Source of the DNA: Sphagnum compactum
Taxonomy: Eukaryota
Assembly (NCBI GenBank): GCA_965153455.1
Contig: OZ234493.1
Location: forward strand, 31,796,213-31,860,212
Length of the DNA stretch: 64,000 nucleotides
Reading direction: 5' to 3'
In this document: in pieces, positions 11,488 through 26,756 of the stretch
Layout: each line of letters starts with the position of its first letter
Numbering within the stretch: position 1 is the stretch's first letter
The notes under the pieces: model-generated
The model's input: the letters and a program-made list of their open reading frames with translations, nothing else
Databases searched by the model: none
What the model was told of the DNA's origin: nothing
Translations under genes and position numbers: made by a program

Positions 11488-12540
11488 CTAGGTTGAGGGC
11501 ATTATCAAAAGAAGGGCGCACAAGACGATAGCCAAGTGCAGGCCCAATTTTTGTAATGACCTCGAATAAGGGCTTTTTTACCCAATGTAAAAGACCTGCC
11601 AGAAATTCAGTGGAGAAACCAGGTGAAACAGGGGTGGGGGGCATTATGAAAAACAAAATGCTCTCCGTGCTGCTCCTGGATGAAAAAATATGCCATATAA
11701 TGTTGCCTCCAGATACAACTGCAAAATTCTGGCAGGTTATTACGGTGTGCGGAATCTGCCCAAGTGGCCAATTGGGTAGTGCACAAATTCCGCCATGGAC
11801 GCAGATTCTACATAAATGAAGGCCTTTTTACAAGGGCTCACCCATGGACTTGCTACCTGCTGGAATGGGCCCCTAACCAGGCAGCCAGCTCTCTAATATT
11901 GGGGCTTGCCTATGGCCTTTTGCTAAGAGCTGGAATTGGCTGACCTAATGGGCTCACTGGTGGACATGCTAGGAGCCACAATTGGCCCTTAGCCTACTTT
12001 GTTGCATCCATCCATCCATCATCCATCCATCCATCCATCCATCCATGCAGGTGTCTTCAATCCTGACCATCCAAGATACTTAGTTTCAAGAGGACTGGTC
12101 GATGGTGGTGCCACATGGTCAATGGGGTGATGAGCCAGGTGCCCTTTTCTGTGTTGGGACCTCAAAAACTGACTTACCATTTCAGGTAAAATTTCTGGGA
12201 CCTTTTTTATTTTTTTACTATCCGCTTTGAAGACTCTTTTTACTACCTACTAGGAAGTGCACTTTCTTTTCACTCCAATAAAAGGCTCAGGAATATTCAC
12301 TTTTGTGTGTTCACACTGATTGGTCAAGAGCCTCTGTTTTTTATCTCTCCCAGGAAACAAGGGAAAAAAAGCTGTTACCACTTTAACTGGCTTTCCACTT
12401 ATTAATTTTTTTAAAGTAAAAATAAATTGATTTGCTGCCTCTCTAGTGCCTACTTTCCCTATATAGAGGATGAATATTTTTTTCATTTTTTTCATCCAAA
12501 ATTCACATATTCATTCATCCATGATGTAAAAATTACCAGA

Positions 12541-12588
12541 GTCAGACCCACCTCAGGTCAGACCCACCTCAGTTCAGACCCACCTCAG
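12541..12588. repeat. 16-bp tandem repeat, 3 copies
   Basis: gtcagacccacctcag twice, then ttcagacccacctcag. Confidence 0.9.
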
Positions 12589-13639
12589 GTCTACCTCGCA
12601 TGGGCCCTCATTCTGGTAATGCCCATGGCCATCTTCTGGGTGTTACCCTACTACACATAACTCATGTTGATGACCATTGATTCACATAACTGCATGTTCC
12701 CAATTTGTCAATTGACATCACAAGTGGAAAGAACTTGGGGAACCAAAAGTGGAACTAGTGTATGACCACATGTCCCACCCTAAAAGAGAAACCCTAAAAG
12801 AGTACCTGAATAATATTCCAAAACTACGTATGTTCTATATTTTTGACAAATGTCATATTATATGTTACTTGTATCCCTTGCATGTTGTTTAAGTTTCTTA
12901 AAGCAAATGTACGTTGCTTGTTCTATGCTTGTCGCAAAATAGATTTGACTAGGTCATAAGGGCTTACCTTCAATCTACTCATTTATACGAAATCTAGAAA
13001 TAAATATAGAGCAAATTATCCATATTACTGAAGACGAAAATTTAAAATTTGCATGTCAAATTGATGTGCAATTTCTTCTTTTTATTCCTACAACAACAAC
13101 AAGTTTCTTTATTTTCTCCATTTGAAATAAAAATGCATTTGACTCTATTCATCATAAATGCAAGGTTTTGAGCCCCCTTCTTTTAGGGTTAGTTGTCACA
13201 TGGGCATATTATGTGTCACATTGCCCAACTACATGGCAAGGAAATAGAGGGAAAATTTGGTTAGATATGATTTTGCTACAAGAAATATTCTGAGTAAGTT
13301 TTGGGGCTATGAGCTTTCATTTTTTTTCATTTCTTTTACAAATAACTAATTCTTTGTTTCCAATTTTTTATGACAAAGCTATGTGGGGGAATCAAACCCT
13401 GATTCAAAGAGGCCATAGCCATTGTAGCATAAAGCCTAACTTGCACAAATGAACACATTAATCTTGCATCAATGTAAAAAACAAATATCAAGTCTTATTT
13501 CTTGAAAGATCAAAAAGGGGTTTGAACTTGGTTGAAGGTTCATGAATCACCATATCCAAAACAAGATGGATTATGGAAACAAAGAGCAATTGTAGAATCC
13601 ACATTCACCTTCAAGCTTTTGCACCATATTGGGTTCAAC

Positions 13640-16100
13640 TTTCTTTCCAATTCTAAATTGTTGCTCAAAATGGGAAGTTCCACATGATGAAAAACTTATG
13701 GCTAAACATCTAAATGACTAGCTCCAAATGTTTGGCCAATCAATTCCTTAATTTAGTTTGCATAAAACACAATTCATCTTTTATTAAACCAATAACTTGC
13801 ACCACAATAAGTTTAACAAACCCCATGTATTAAAAAACTTTTGTTCAAGAATTTGTGATAAAGAAAAGGTCCTCCATAACTTGGTAAGTGGGTTGAGATC
13901 AAATGGTTTTTACATCACCAATTTAACAACATTTTTCATAAAATAAAGACAAATAAAAAAATTTAAAGGTCAAGGGCAATGGCGAAAACATTTTAAGAAC
14001 CCATATTTTATTAAGCATGACCTCAATAGGTTGGCAAAAGGCAGCTTTAAGAATTGCCAAATGAATAGCAAACTCATTTCAAATTTTCTAGTTGTAACAA
14101 TATTGCAGGTATATATTGTGACATCAACATTGCAACTTTATAATTAACTAAGTGGTAACTTATGCACATTGTCATTTCATAGATTCAACAACCTTTCAAT
14201 ACACATATCTTGTAATGCCCCCATTTGATTTAGAAATGTGCTTCAAATATGTTTTCCAATAAACTCAAAACCAAGTGATTTGTTCTTATATATAGATTTA
14301 TAATTCAATGAAAACATATAAATTCATGAGTAGAATTGATGAAAGCATAAAAGTTGACAAACACATCACCTTGGAAACAAAAATGGCTTTCACAATACAT
14401 TTGATATACATCCCTTCATAAATTTTGTCTACTACTATGAAGTCATACAAACAAATCGCAACATTGGACAGATTTGATCAAAGAATGGACTACTTCCAAA
14501 AGTGGCATATTGGCATTCAACCCCAACAATGTTTTTACATAATCAAAAAACACAAGTTAGACTAAGTGGAGGTTATGATGGGTGCATCCAATGCTATTTT
14601 CATCAACACATGTTTGACAAGCTTGATTATGAATATCTATCTAGATTTGATGTTTCAAAATATCTTGTTGCATTTAATTCCCATGAATTTTGCCAATTTA
14701 GTAAACTCCAAATGCCTTTTGAGGCTATGGTTGAAATAAACATACAAACATTGCAAAAGACTTTTAATGCAAGGGTCAAAAACATCCTTGGGTGGTATCA
14801 TTAAGAACATCACACCTTAATTTTCTTGGACCTGTCAAACTTTGAAAAATCGTAGGAAACATTTAAATAAATATTTTCATAAAAAAATTTATGAGTACAT
14901 TTATTAGGTTCCATAAAATTCTGAATTTTGAATAACATCAAGAATATTTTGTATTTTGATGTTCCTAATCATTGCATTAGAAAAAGTTTCAAGAATGTCA
15001 CGTTAGTTCCTTTCCTTAAATTTTTTAATCATGAACACAAATTTGAAACATGATTTGAGAATTTTCTTGAATTTTTTTTTCCTAAAGTAATTTGAAGTCG
15101 TTCTATTTTGAGTTTTTTTATTAAGCAATTAATTGAGCAAGTATAATTCAGTTATGAATTTCCAAAGTTAAGGCTATCAATTTCTAAAGGGGCACTTTTG
15201 ATTAGAATATAAATTTTCAATAATTTTTAATTTTAAAATTCCAAAATAAACTTCAAACTATATATTAGTGCTTGCAATTGATAAACATGAAATAATAATA
15301 ATTTATAGTTGTGAAAACATTTAAAATAAAGGTCCCATGGAAATGATTTAGTTGTTTTTGGTTCCTTAACCATTTCTTGAGGTGGTTCCTAGTAGTACCA
15401 CCCAATGATGCTTTTGCCTCTAGACACCAAAGAAAGGTTTGAGAAAATTTGTACCACCAAATTGTACAATGAACCATACAATGCACATTAGTGATGAATG
15501 GAACATATCATTTTTGGATTTGAGCTATGACTCCAAATTTGAAACCTCAAAAGGTATTCTCCCAATCAACACCTAGGTAGACTAACCTTGAAGCAAACTC
15601 CTTTTCCTTCAAACCATTTGAAAAAATTCATGATTAACAAAATTAAACTATCAATTCCATATCCAAGAAACACATATTTCACATTCAACAATAAGGTATG
15701 TTACACCAATCTTGCATCATGTGTCTATCACACTTGCCCAACTTGCATTATCCATACAATGACCTCATCATAAGTAAAGGACACAAACTTGGTATTCTAG
15801 ATATCAATTTTAATGGCCTTTCTCACTTTGTTGTTTATGTGTTTTACCATTTCCCAACTAGGTTTGTCAAACTAATGTTTGTTGGGGATAGATTGAAATT
15901 TCAAGAATTCAAACAAAAAGTGGAAATCTTCATAATCTATCATAAGCTTACCTTCACTCAAGAGATTGAAAATAGTGGCAATTTGAATGTTTTTATTATC
16001 CTCCGTTACTTGACCAAGATTAAGTTGTTAGAGGATAGTTGCTATGGAAAGCTTTGAATAAACAATTTCATTTTTTGCATGTCCACATTTTGGATCCATA
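13640..16100 (-). mobile_element. Decayed hAT-superfamily transposase relic
   Basis: Minus-strand translation gives hAT motifs in the expected order: GVDWENTF*G..GVIAQI (~15540-15575), VHCMVH (CxxH, ~15470-15486), LYVYFNHSLKRHLEF (~14705-14750), NIKSR*I (the KTRW motif, ~14640), MPLLEVVHSLIK (from 14508), and a C-terminal dimerisation region VQVIGLIKDELCF..KLRN*L..HLELV..MF (~13650-13830). Interrupted at about 14810-15400. Confidence 0.8.
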
Positions 16101-19100
16101 AACCATTTACATTGCATGCCTTTTTATAAAATCCCATTTAACCACTAAAACCTTGTCTTTCTTTTGAATTTTAGTAAAAAAAAACACATGTCAAAAGTTA
16201 CCAATCTAACCTCATTTAGAATAGGTTGTGCCCATGGCACTTTTTGACCTTTTGAAACTTGTGGTTCACATCAATTTCACCTTTCTTATGTTTTTAGGGA
16301 CTAGGGACAAGCCCATCGTTGATAGTAACAAAGGTTTTAGGGGGTTCAAAAGGAAAGAAAAGGTATGTGTCATAATTCAAGGTGGAGTAATATGCAATTT
16401 AGGGTTAGGCACATGGGTTTTTGTGCATTCACATTATTGGATTTAAATACATCATAAGAAAGAGACTCAATAGGTGTTAAGTGTTGTTCCTAGGACTCAA
16501 CCATACAAAAAAAACTTGTATTTAAAATTATTGGGCACTTGTAAACATGGAAGGATGGTTAAAACCAAAAATATAATACCTTAAACCCAAAACCCAAATT
16601 AATAGAAAGCACAAATTCACAAGCAATAGATAATCCTACAACTCTAAAATTTGGAATTCAACAAAATCTTCAAAGGGCCCACCTTTAGGATTGATGCACA
16701 ACAATGCTTTTAAAACAAAACTAAAGTTGAAAATTGAGATGAATTTTTTATTGATTATCATCATAGGTTTTTCATGAAGTTGCAACTTGTGATCCAAGGA
16801 TTGGGAATAATAAAATGAGGTGGGAGAAAGAAGGCTTGTTAGTGATCGTAATTATAACCCACATAATGATTTCCATCAAATTCAAATTTTTGACATTGAA
16901 AATGGGATAATGAATTATGGGGCTTTCAAAAGTACCTAAACATTTATTCTCATTTCTAATCATGTCTTAATAAATCCCAATAATATTTTTTTTCATTTTA
17001 GTCATACAACATATGGTAGAATACCATAACATATTTCATTTAATATTCCAAGAGTTGTGAGTCCACTTTTAAAATGTGTATGGATTGTGACACAAGATGA
17101 AACACAAATTTAAATGACCTTCAAAGACCAAAAGATGGTCATTTGGTTTTTTATTTTTTGTTATTAACTTATTATAACTATGTATATTATAAATATGAGT
17201 CTTTTTTTATAAATTTCCTTATGAATTGGAATTAGGAGACATTGTCATAATAAGAGGTATTGGATTTTTGCTTTGTGTGCAAAAATGGACAGTGTAGTTT
17301 GCTTCTACCTTATATTTTGTATTGAAAACTTGAAAAATAGTTGATTTGGGAATCTTATTTATGGACAAAACCAAACGATGTGATTCAAAAATCATGGTGT
17401 AGTTCGTTGCCCACCATATTTTACCATATTCATTTTCTACATCTCCTTATTATTTTCCAACTTTTCCATCTTCATATGGTTTTTCATCCTTTTTCTTTGT
17501 CTCCTATTAGCTTTCTAATTTTTCATCTTCATCTAACTTTCGACCATCTTGTAACTTTTTTCAACTTCTATATAATCACATGTTTTAATCCATCAAAGCT
17601 AAAATGGAATCTTGTAATTTATGTTCAATTTTTTGCTTTCAACAACATTGATGTTTTTCATCTACCATTTATAAATTTCCCAATAAATTTTTCAACAAAG
17701 AAGATTTTGAGTGTCATCCTTTGTATGTTTGATGGATCTTGTGTCATTGAACATGAACTTGTTCTTAACAATATTAATGTTGTAATGTTGTTGCTTATAA
17801 ATAATTGAAATCAAATTAACTTGTTATATTCAAAACTATTGATCCTTTTTTTAGCAAGGCAAACATAAAGCAACTTGCAAGATCATACCTTTTACAAACA
17901 TGGTCAATGCAACAACTAATAACGACCCAAAAAACATAAACCAATTTCAAATATTGTGCCCCTTTCAACTTGACTGGTATAATAGTTGTTGATGATGCTA
18001 ACTATTAAAATGTAAATGCGGTCAATATAACAGTTGTTGAAGATGTGAAAATTGATAGGGTTTTCACAAGAAATGTTTCCTTGTAATCAATTCCTTAAAA
18101 ATTACTCAACTTCTAAACATCATGACACATTTTTAAAAAATCATGTTTAAACATGTGGTTTCATATCAAATAGAATATATATATATATATATAATTGACA
18201 AAAATTGTAGCAACAATGATTAAAATTATGGAAGGTGGCATTATGTTTCATTTACCTATTTATTTTCCATAATAAATTTTTCTTTGGTTTGTTATTCATT
18301 TGGGTTGTCAAATGCACACATTTGGAATTTAATTGAAAGAATGGCATATATGTAAATCACATATGGAAATAGAAATAAGTTTCCATATTCTTAGTTAATA
18401 GTTTAAATGATTTTTTACATCCAGATTATGACACAAAATATGCATTAGTTTTTTAAATATATATATGTGTAACTTGGTAATTCCAACTCTGTCCATTATA
18501 ATAAACATAATAAGAAGTTACAATGCCCATGCTTGAGTGCCCAAATTAATTGTCAAATTTTTATAATAGGTTGTAAGAGATAACCAAAATATAATTTGTT
18601 TTGTTGTTAAATCGGTGATTATTCATAAGAATAACATTCATGCAACATTATACAATAACATGTAGTTCATGTGTAATTCACTTTCAAAAGTTGAATTAGT
18701 TTATTTTTTAGAATTAAATCACCACCAGCCTCATGGTGTTTTTCCCATTGTAAAAATGCTTATTATTGCACATTGTTGCTTTTAATCATGTACATGTAGT
18801 GGAATACGTTTGTCACCTTTTTTTTTGTTACATTTTTGTAACCTTAACACATATGCATGTCATTAAATTTGCTCACATAACATGTTAAACAAATTTAAAC
18901 ATGTATGACTATTAAAGAATATAAATTAAGGTTGTTGCCAAAACTTTATTTTCAAAATTGGATTTAATTACCCAAGGTTGCGTGATAAATTAACACTTGT
19001 GTTTGTTCACCCTCGATATCTTTGAAAGGCATATATTGGGTCATTTATAAAAACATCAATAGAAACATTTGCACCAAAATGATCTTGAATTATTTTAGTA

Positions 19101-19382
19101 TATTAAATATTTTTTGAATAATATTAAAAATTTTAGATTTAATAAAAAGATGTACAAAAGACTAAAAATTTATATACCAAAATCTGCACACAACAAAAAA
19201 TATTTTAGCTTGACCAAAAATTTGATTACAAAATCACTAACAATGCTTACATTGAGACCAAATTATTATTACTATCCACACCATGAGCAATTTTCTTTTT
19301 AAACATGAAAGAGGATTCAAAATGATAAAAAATGCCTAATGCATTTCATAATCAATGGTTTTTTGGTGATACCATTTAATTT

Positions 19383-19419
<37 letters not shown>

Positions 19420-22400
19420 AAAATGGACTAACAAGGCAACAAACAAGAACAAAACCAAAAGGAATGAAAATTTAATTTGTTTATGTGCACAACAAAATCT
19501 AATGTAAATTTTTTTTTAAAATTTATAATATACTTCAAAAATGAAGTTAATTAGAAGTGTGTATCAAAATTTCAACTCATGGTACATTTTATCTATTATA
19601 TTTGTGGTTGAAGTATTCTATGAACTTCTTCACACAATTGATTACAATATTTTCATTTTTTCATAAATGAGTGAAAACACATTAAGGTGTCACAATTTCG
19701 ATGAATTAGAATCCATTTTCAAAGTCCTTTTTTAGTGTAGTTGAAAACTGGTTTAAAATATGAATATTTAGATGATATTGAAAGTAACATTTTTTTCCAT
19801 TTCCAATTTCAAATCATAATGTTGTAAGACATTAAAAAAAAATCACAAAAGATTTTTTTAAATAAAATTTTTAATGCTTAAAAAGGCTTTTAAAATAATT
19901 TAAAAAATTAGGATTTTAAAAAGTTCATGACATAATGAATTAAAATCACATTCCATTCATTCAAGGGATCTTTAGTTTTTTCAACATAATTCATCCAATA
20001 CCCCAAAGTTTCAAACATATAAGACGAACACATTGTAAGATAAAAGTCCATATCTATGAGTTTTGTAGGTGTGACAAAAAATGTGGGCAAAAATTCAAAA
20101 GTGCATTACTTATTGGTTATTCACGATTTTGATTTGATTTTTCATTCTTGGAAAGTTGATTATGATAACTTTAGATAAATGAGTCCTTTTTTCATTATTT
20201 CAATGAATTTTATTTTATTATTTTCTTGTATCTAAGAAATACAAGAAAAACTATCATTGTGACGTCCATATAAGGTCACCATGGTGTGCAAACACCCAAA
20301 TATAGTGCATGCAATTGTATTCCCCACAATGCATTTTTCTACAACCCTATAATGGAAATAACATTTAAATTCAAGAAAATATATGAATCAACAATTATAT
20401 ATATATTTTTGCATGTTTAACATGAAAAATTCAATCAAGTTTATATTTCAGGACTCAAAGCAAAGAACTAAACATTGCACACAAATGTGAACATATTTGT
20501 CATGGGATTAGAAATCATCAACATAATGCATTCAAACTATAAAATTATGATTGTCATCCCAATAAAAAATTAATTAATTAAAGTAACCCCATGGTTTATA
20601 TGAGTTTTTTTTAATTATCATTAAGTTTTTTTCGAATAAGTTTTAATTTATGATCAAACTTGTTTTCGTCAGAAAAATGGGTGAAATTAATAGCTTAATT
20701 ATTATCATGAGACAGGGTTGTCAGGTAAAAAACTAAATAAATATGATGAAAAACACTTTTGAAAATGCATTTTGTAAACAAAATCAAAATTGAAAATGGA
20801 AGGCTTAAAGGTCATTATCTTGTAATCCTTGGACAATATTGATGTCATGAAAAATACATCATCAACTTGTTGTTTTCGTCCTTTATAATTATGTTACCTT
20901 CTTATTATGTTACCTTCCCATTATAGTTACCTTTTTGTTTTAGTTATTGTCCAATGATTAATTTTTAGCAAATATGTTTTAAAAATAAAAATAAATAAAA
21001 TTCTAATTAAAGTGAAATTTTTGCCTTCAAATTGACTACATCTTTATAACTACCTTTCAACTTCAACTATTTTATCTACATAAAATTAACCTAATATTAT
21101 TATTTTTTAAAAATCTAAGAAATAAAAACAAAACATTAAAAAAAAATGTCATAACCTTTAACCAAAATCCATTAAATCTATTCTTTTATAAGTATAATTT
21201 TTTTGTCACTTCACACCCCCCAATCTTTTCAGAATCATACATATAATGATAAGGAGTAATAGCATGGGGGAATGAACCCAATATACTATAAAAAATAAAA
21301 AATGATTATGCATCACACATGGGTTTTTTTTATCTTTTTAGATTTCATCCTCTTATTTTAATTTCTTTTACAAAATGGCAAATTATTTTATTTTCTAAAA
21401 ATTAACAATTTTAGTGGTGTATCCCATAGTAAATAAAAGATGATAATATGAACCAATAACTATTAATTAAATAATTATTAAAAGGTTTTGAAGGTTAGTT
21501 AGACTAGAAGATATACCCACTAACAAATTCGTTTTATTATAATTATATTCTAAAATGAACTTTTAATTATTTTATCATGAAGGTAATTCATTAACAATAC
21601 TTCCATCAGGTAACATTTCCATTTCAAAATTAACTTTTGATTATTTTTACATGTGATGATATCTATTGTCCATTAACAAAGGTTCTTCTATGCACTAATC
21701 TTTTATGACTTTTAACACATGGAAATAAAACATAAAATGACATTTGATCAATATAATTATGTTTGAAGCTTTTATAAGTTAATTGTACATCTCTTTCCAT
21801 TGCATCCTTCATCTAATTTCTTATAATCAAATCGGAAAAAAATGTGCATGTGTAAACAAAGAGCCACTTTTAACATAACAATGCTTATGTGACATGTTTA
21901 TAAATTTAGCACATTAAATTGATTTTGAATATGTGTTGTATTTGTGGTGTACCTTTTTTAATACATCAATCTAACATTTGAATAAACTTTAAGTAAATAA
22001 ATATAAAACATCTTTCAACACATTTTAAGCTCATAATTAATATTTTTCAACACAATTAAACAATGCATTTAATCATCGTTTTCCTTTATTTAAATTTTTT
22101 TTCCAAAACATTGTTAAAATTATTCAACAATTGTTTTTGGTTGCTAGGATTATTTTCATCTTGTTTAAATCCACAAAGGAATGCAAGTTTTTTGCAAAGG
22201 TGCAAATGTTGAAAATGATCAACATTTTTGGATCTTTGTGTTTTTTTTCATATATCATTGAATTGAATGTGGCTTAATATCTTGGATTAGAGTGAAACTA
22301 GGAAAACCCTGTTCAATTTTCAATTTTCCATCATTCGGATGTTGTGCATCTTTAAAAAGATTGAGAATTTGCTACATTGATAGCCACATTTTTCACAATT

Positions 22401-23939
22401 ACACAACAAATCAATTGTAAAAAAAAACCTTATGACATAATTATTAAGAATTATTATTAATAGAAAATAATTTTCACAAATTTGTCAATCATTAACATAT
22501 TTTTAAAATTTGAAACAAACATCTACATTCATTTTTGAAATGGGAAGATTGAAAATAACATTGAAACCTACTTTTACAATTTTAATAATTAAATTTATTC
22601 ATGCATTGAACAAAAGGCCAGGCTCTATAAAACACACCTTCATACCTTCCATGAAGTTTGCACAAAACATGAATGTTACAGAAAAAAAAATGTTATCAAT
22701 TACACTAATCATAATTTTTTTTGACCCATATTCACATTATTTCATAATGATGCACATTAAATTTGTTATTCCTAATTGTCAATATTGGGCACATTCATAA
22801 CTTAATAAATGTTTCATAAAGTACTAATTTTTCTCCTCATGATGAAGACACATATTAATCGTAAAACATTTGCAAAATGTCATGCTTGAATTACTTCACA
22901 TGGTAGGTCCCAAATTTCTATCAGTACTTGTGTAAGAATTATCATTCAAATTTCAAAATATTAGTTAATTTTGGTTTATAACAAAGACATCAAAATGTGA
23001 TGAATTGTCACACAAAACTTTACTCTACAAACTTATTCACACATAATTTGATTCCAACAATGAAATACATCTTACAAAAACTCAATGTTTTACAATAAAT
23101 ACCTAGGACAAAATATTTATTATTCAATTTATCACTTTTAAATTTATGAACATAAAATGAATCATTTGTGTTCAACAATCACAACCCTATAAAATCTCAA
23201 GTGAAGCCATGCACTAAACAAACATTAATAGATGGACAAAATAAACTTTACATGTTTTTGATACTTACAATTTACAATACAAGGAATTTACAAATATATG
23301 ATTAGATTTATGACTCATTTTCATTTTAATTATCAAATGTGATTTGTTATAGTGTTTAATTGCTTTTGGACAATTCGCATAAGATTCTAGTTGTAAAAAA
23401 CAATATGTGACACCAAAATGCAATGATAATTGCATAAACATGCAATTTACATGAAGTTTTCATCCATCAAAACTAGCCTACGTGGCATCATAATTTTGTG
23501 ATTAATTTTACGATTCAAGAATGCAATCGCATCATTTATATTTATTTAAATAATAAAATATAAATAGAATATAAATATTATATATATTTATATTATTGTT
23601 AATTTCATTAAATGCAACTTATACCATGTTGACACATGTCATTACATAGGCTAGGCTTTAAAAGTTAGTTCAAGTTGCTAAATAGGCCACCTATTATGTT
23701 TACTGAAAATCACTTAATAGGCATTTAATGTCACGAGCACGAACACAACCAAAATTATGACACAAAAAATAACCAAAATTACAAGATTTTATAAACCAAA
23801 GCAAGAATAAAGGTAAGCCTAACTCCAAATTTAGATTGTGAAATATAAATAAATAAATAAAAACACAACACATGCGAAACAAAAATTCAATAAGTCTCAA
23901 ATTACATGTGGCCCATGTGTAGTTGTGTGTGGATTATGA

Positions 23940-24240
23940 ATGAATTAAAACTAAACTAAAAATAAACTTAAACTTAACTAAGAATGAATTAAAAATTAAC
24001 TGAAAATAAATTATTAATTAATTGAAATGAATTGAATAAATTACGAGCTAACTAAAAGTGAATTGAGAATTAATTAAAAATGAACTAAGAGTTAATTAGA
24101 AGTGAATAAAAAATTAATTAAAAATTAATTAAAAGTGAAGTACGATTTAATTAAAAATCAACTAAAAATCAATTGAAAATACATTAAAAATGAATAAAAA
24201 TTTAATTAAAACTGAACTCAAAAATTAAATATAACTTATA
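23940..24240. repeat. Degenerate AT-rich satellite with a ~15-bp unit (aattaa(c/t)taaaa(a/g)tg-like)
   Basis: Recurring gaattaa/aactaaaa/aattaattaaaa units in tandem. Confidence 0.65.
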
Positions 24241-26756
24241 AATTTCTTACAAGTCATGAATGAATATTCAAATGAATAAAACTTATAACATTAACAGATG
24301 TCACACTTAACGTAGTTGATTACGTAAATAAGACATATACTTGATCAACAGTTTAACATTAATCATATCTAAAGTTGCAAAAATGGTTGATTTGAATAAA
24401 AGTCGCAAAACACGAGTTAAAATGAACAAGATTCTTCATAATATTAATGTGATTAATTTCTTCTAGTCATTGCATACACCTAGCCTTGTCATTATATCAC
24501 ATAAATATCCATTGATCTAATCGTTACATAGAAACAAAGACTGTTCATCTTTTAATAGCTTTGCCCTAGATTGTACATTGAAACAAAAGGTAAAAGATGT
24601 TAAAATCCCTATAAAACTTGTTATGTAAATCGAATGCAAATGAATTTAATTTTTTAAAACAATGACAACCTAAAGCTAGGTCCGCTCTTGTCACTCCCAA
24701 ATTCAAAATCCAAATCTTATTCCCCAAATCTTATTATAACAATATCATTGTTTATTGTTGTTTGAAGATCAATTTGAATAAAAAGCTCATGGCTATCTCC
24801 CAATAACTTACCTTTGTCTAGGTGTTGATGCCAACTTTCCCAAGGGCTTTGGATGACCTAACAACTAGGAAACAAACATTGAACAAGGTTACAAAATTTT
24901 CATTTGTTAGTTGCTACAGCAGCATACGCTTCATGCTGGGAGACCCAGCCAAAAACAGAGCCAAATGGATAACTTATCAGGATTCCTTATGAACAGATCC
25001 TATCTTCTTGTCCACAAATTTTGTCATACCGCATGCAAGGTGCCACACCTTGACCCCCAAACCTAATAATAGGTATAGTTTTCGCGTGTTGCCAAATGTT
25101 GCAACTAGCCCTTAAAACCATAAGTTACTATTGATTTGCCTATTATCACATAAAAGCCCTTAGTTACAAAGTAGGGTACGTTATATCTCAGAATAGTGCC
25201 ACCTCGGTATGTTTTGTTGTCAAAGATACATTTTGTTTTTCAAATGCATATTTCGTTTCATTCAGGTTGGACTCAAATCTTGTTTGTTTTAGAAGAGCTT
25301 CTAATGGCACCAAAGTTTAGAACTTAGCCTTTCCTACTCTCTTTCTGTTTCTTAAGTTATTGGGCACCTCATTCCACAGGAATCAACACCCATAAGATCC
25401 AACTTTTACATAATCCACGAGACTAAGGCAGCCCCAGCAGCATGTGAGAGGAAGAGGTTACTTACAAGAAGGAATTGACTTGGGAACTCCTGAGTGAACA
25501 TTAAGCCAACACCATTGTCCAGAATTGGGTTCCATCATTCACCTGCAACAAGATGCATCCAACCATGAAGCATAAGTACTGATACTTTCTGCAACATGAT
25601 CCATCCAACCTTGAAGCACGAGTACTGATACTTTTGCAGTTGCAGATCAAGGAGAGCACACCTGTCAGGTGCAGACCAACTGAAATTGATGAGGTATTGA
25701 GTGTCCAGGAGGATCCTGCAGATGGGTGTGGCAAAGTCATGGCCACTTGCCCTGCCTGCAAGCATCAGTGCATCCTAGACTGTGATGTGCATATTACATC
25801 TTGTGAGGTCTAGCACATAACGTTCCTAATGATTTGCTAATTATGTCAGATAATGGCCATTGGTCACACCCAGCTAGAGGCCACCCACCACTTGGTCAGG
25901 TCCTCCAAATGGTGACTACCTATCACATAAAAGAAGACTGCAGCAAGACATTACCCACATGAAGAAAAAACAGGCTCAGATCTCATTGAAAGTGATCAGA
26001 AACACAATACCTACCTTTAAACAAATGCTCACCGCATGGTAAAGCATGTAAAGGCCAAACTGAGCTCCATGACTCAGAGCATGAGACATCCACATTCTTC
26101 AACAATTTTGGCACAGTTCCAACCCTGTAAGAGGAAAACAGAGTCAGAATCTGTTTGCCAATATTTAATCAGCCTCAATGGACAGCTCATGTAAGAAATG
26201 ACTTTTACCCATATTGTGGATTATGCCAGGTACAGATCATTCTGCTTGGTGAGGTGCCTGTGAGGAATTAGGGCAAGCCCTACTTTCCAAATGGGCAGCA
26301 ATACAGGCAGAATAAACTGTACCCAGCACAATTCTTTGTGTAGCGGTTTTCATGTGGATTTGCATAATGGTCATGTAGGTTATGACGGAAGGATTATCAA
26401 GCTCTCCAACCATGGCTCCAGCAACTGCCCCTGTTCCCAGGCCTTCTCTATCTACACAGATCTCTCTCTGTGTGTATCTCTCTCCCCCTCAGTTTTTGGA
26501 AGCCCTGCAAAAAGAGGAAATGGTTCCAATTCCTGTGAAGGATATTCACATTTAGGGTTCAGAAACTCTAGAACATCATCTACCTCCCACCAATCCCAAT
26601 TGCCAAGGAGAGAAACACCAAATGAGATGGATGATGATGGTGCAAGAGTTCAACGGACAACAAGGGTTGTCAAGGATTGCACATCAAGGGTTGTTTCGTG
26701 TTATTAACCAAGGAAAACAAGGATTGGTAAGGTAACAGTACCTTGACAAAGATTGT

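Noticed and set aside
17341..17808. 155-aa ORF in AT-rich DNA
   Set aside because: Non-ATG start and an F/L/I/H-biased composition typical of spurious ORFs in decayed repeats.
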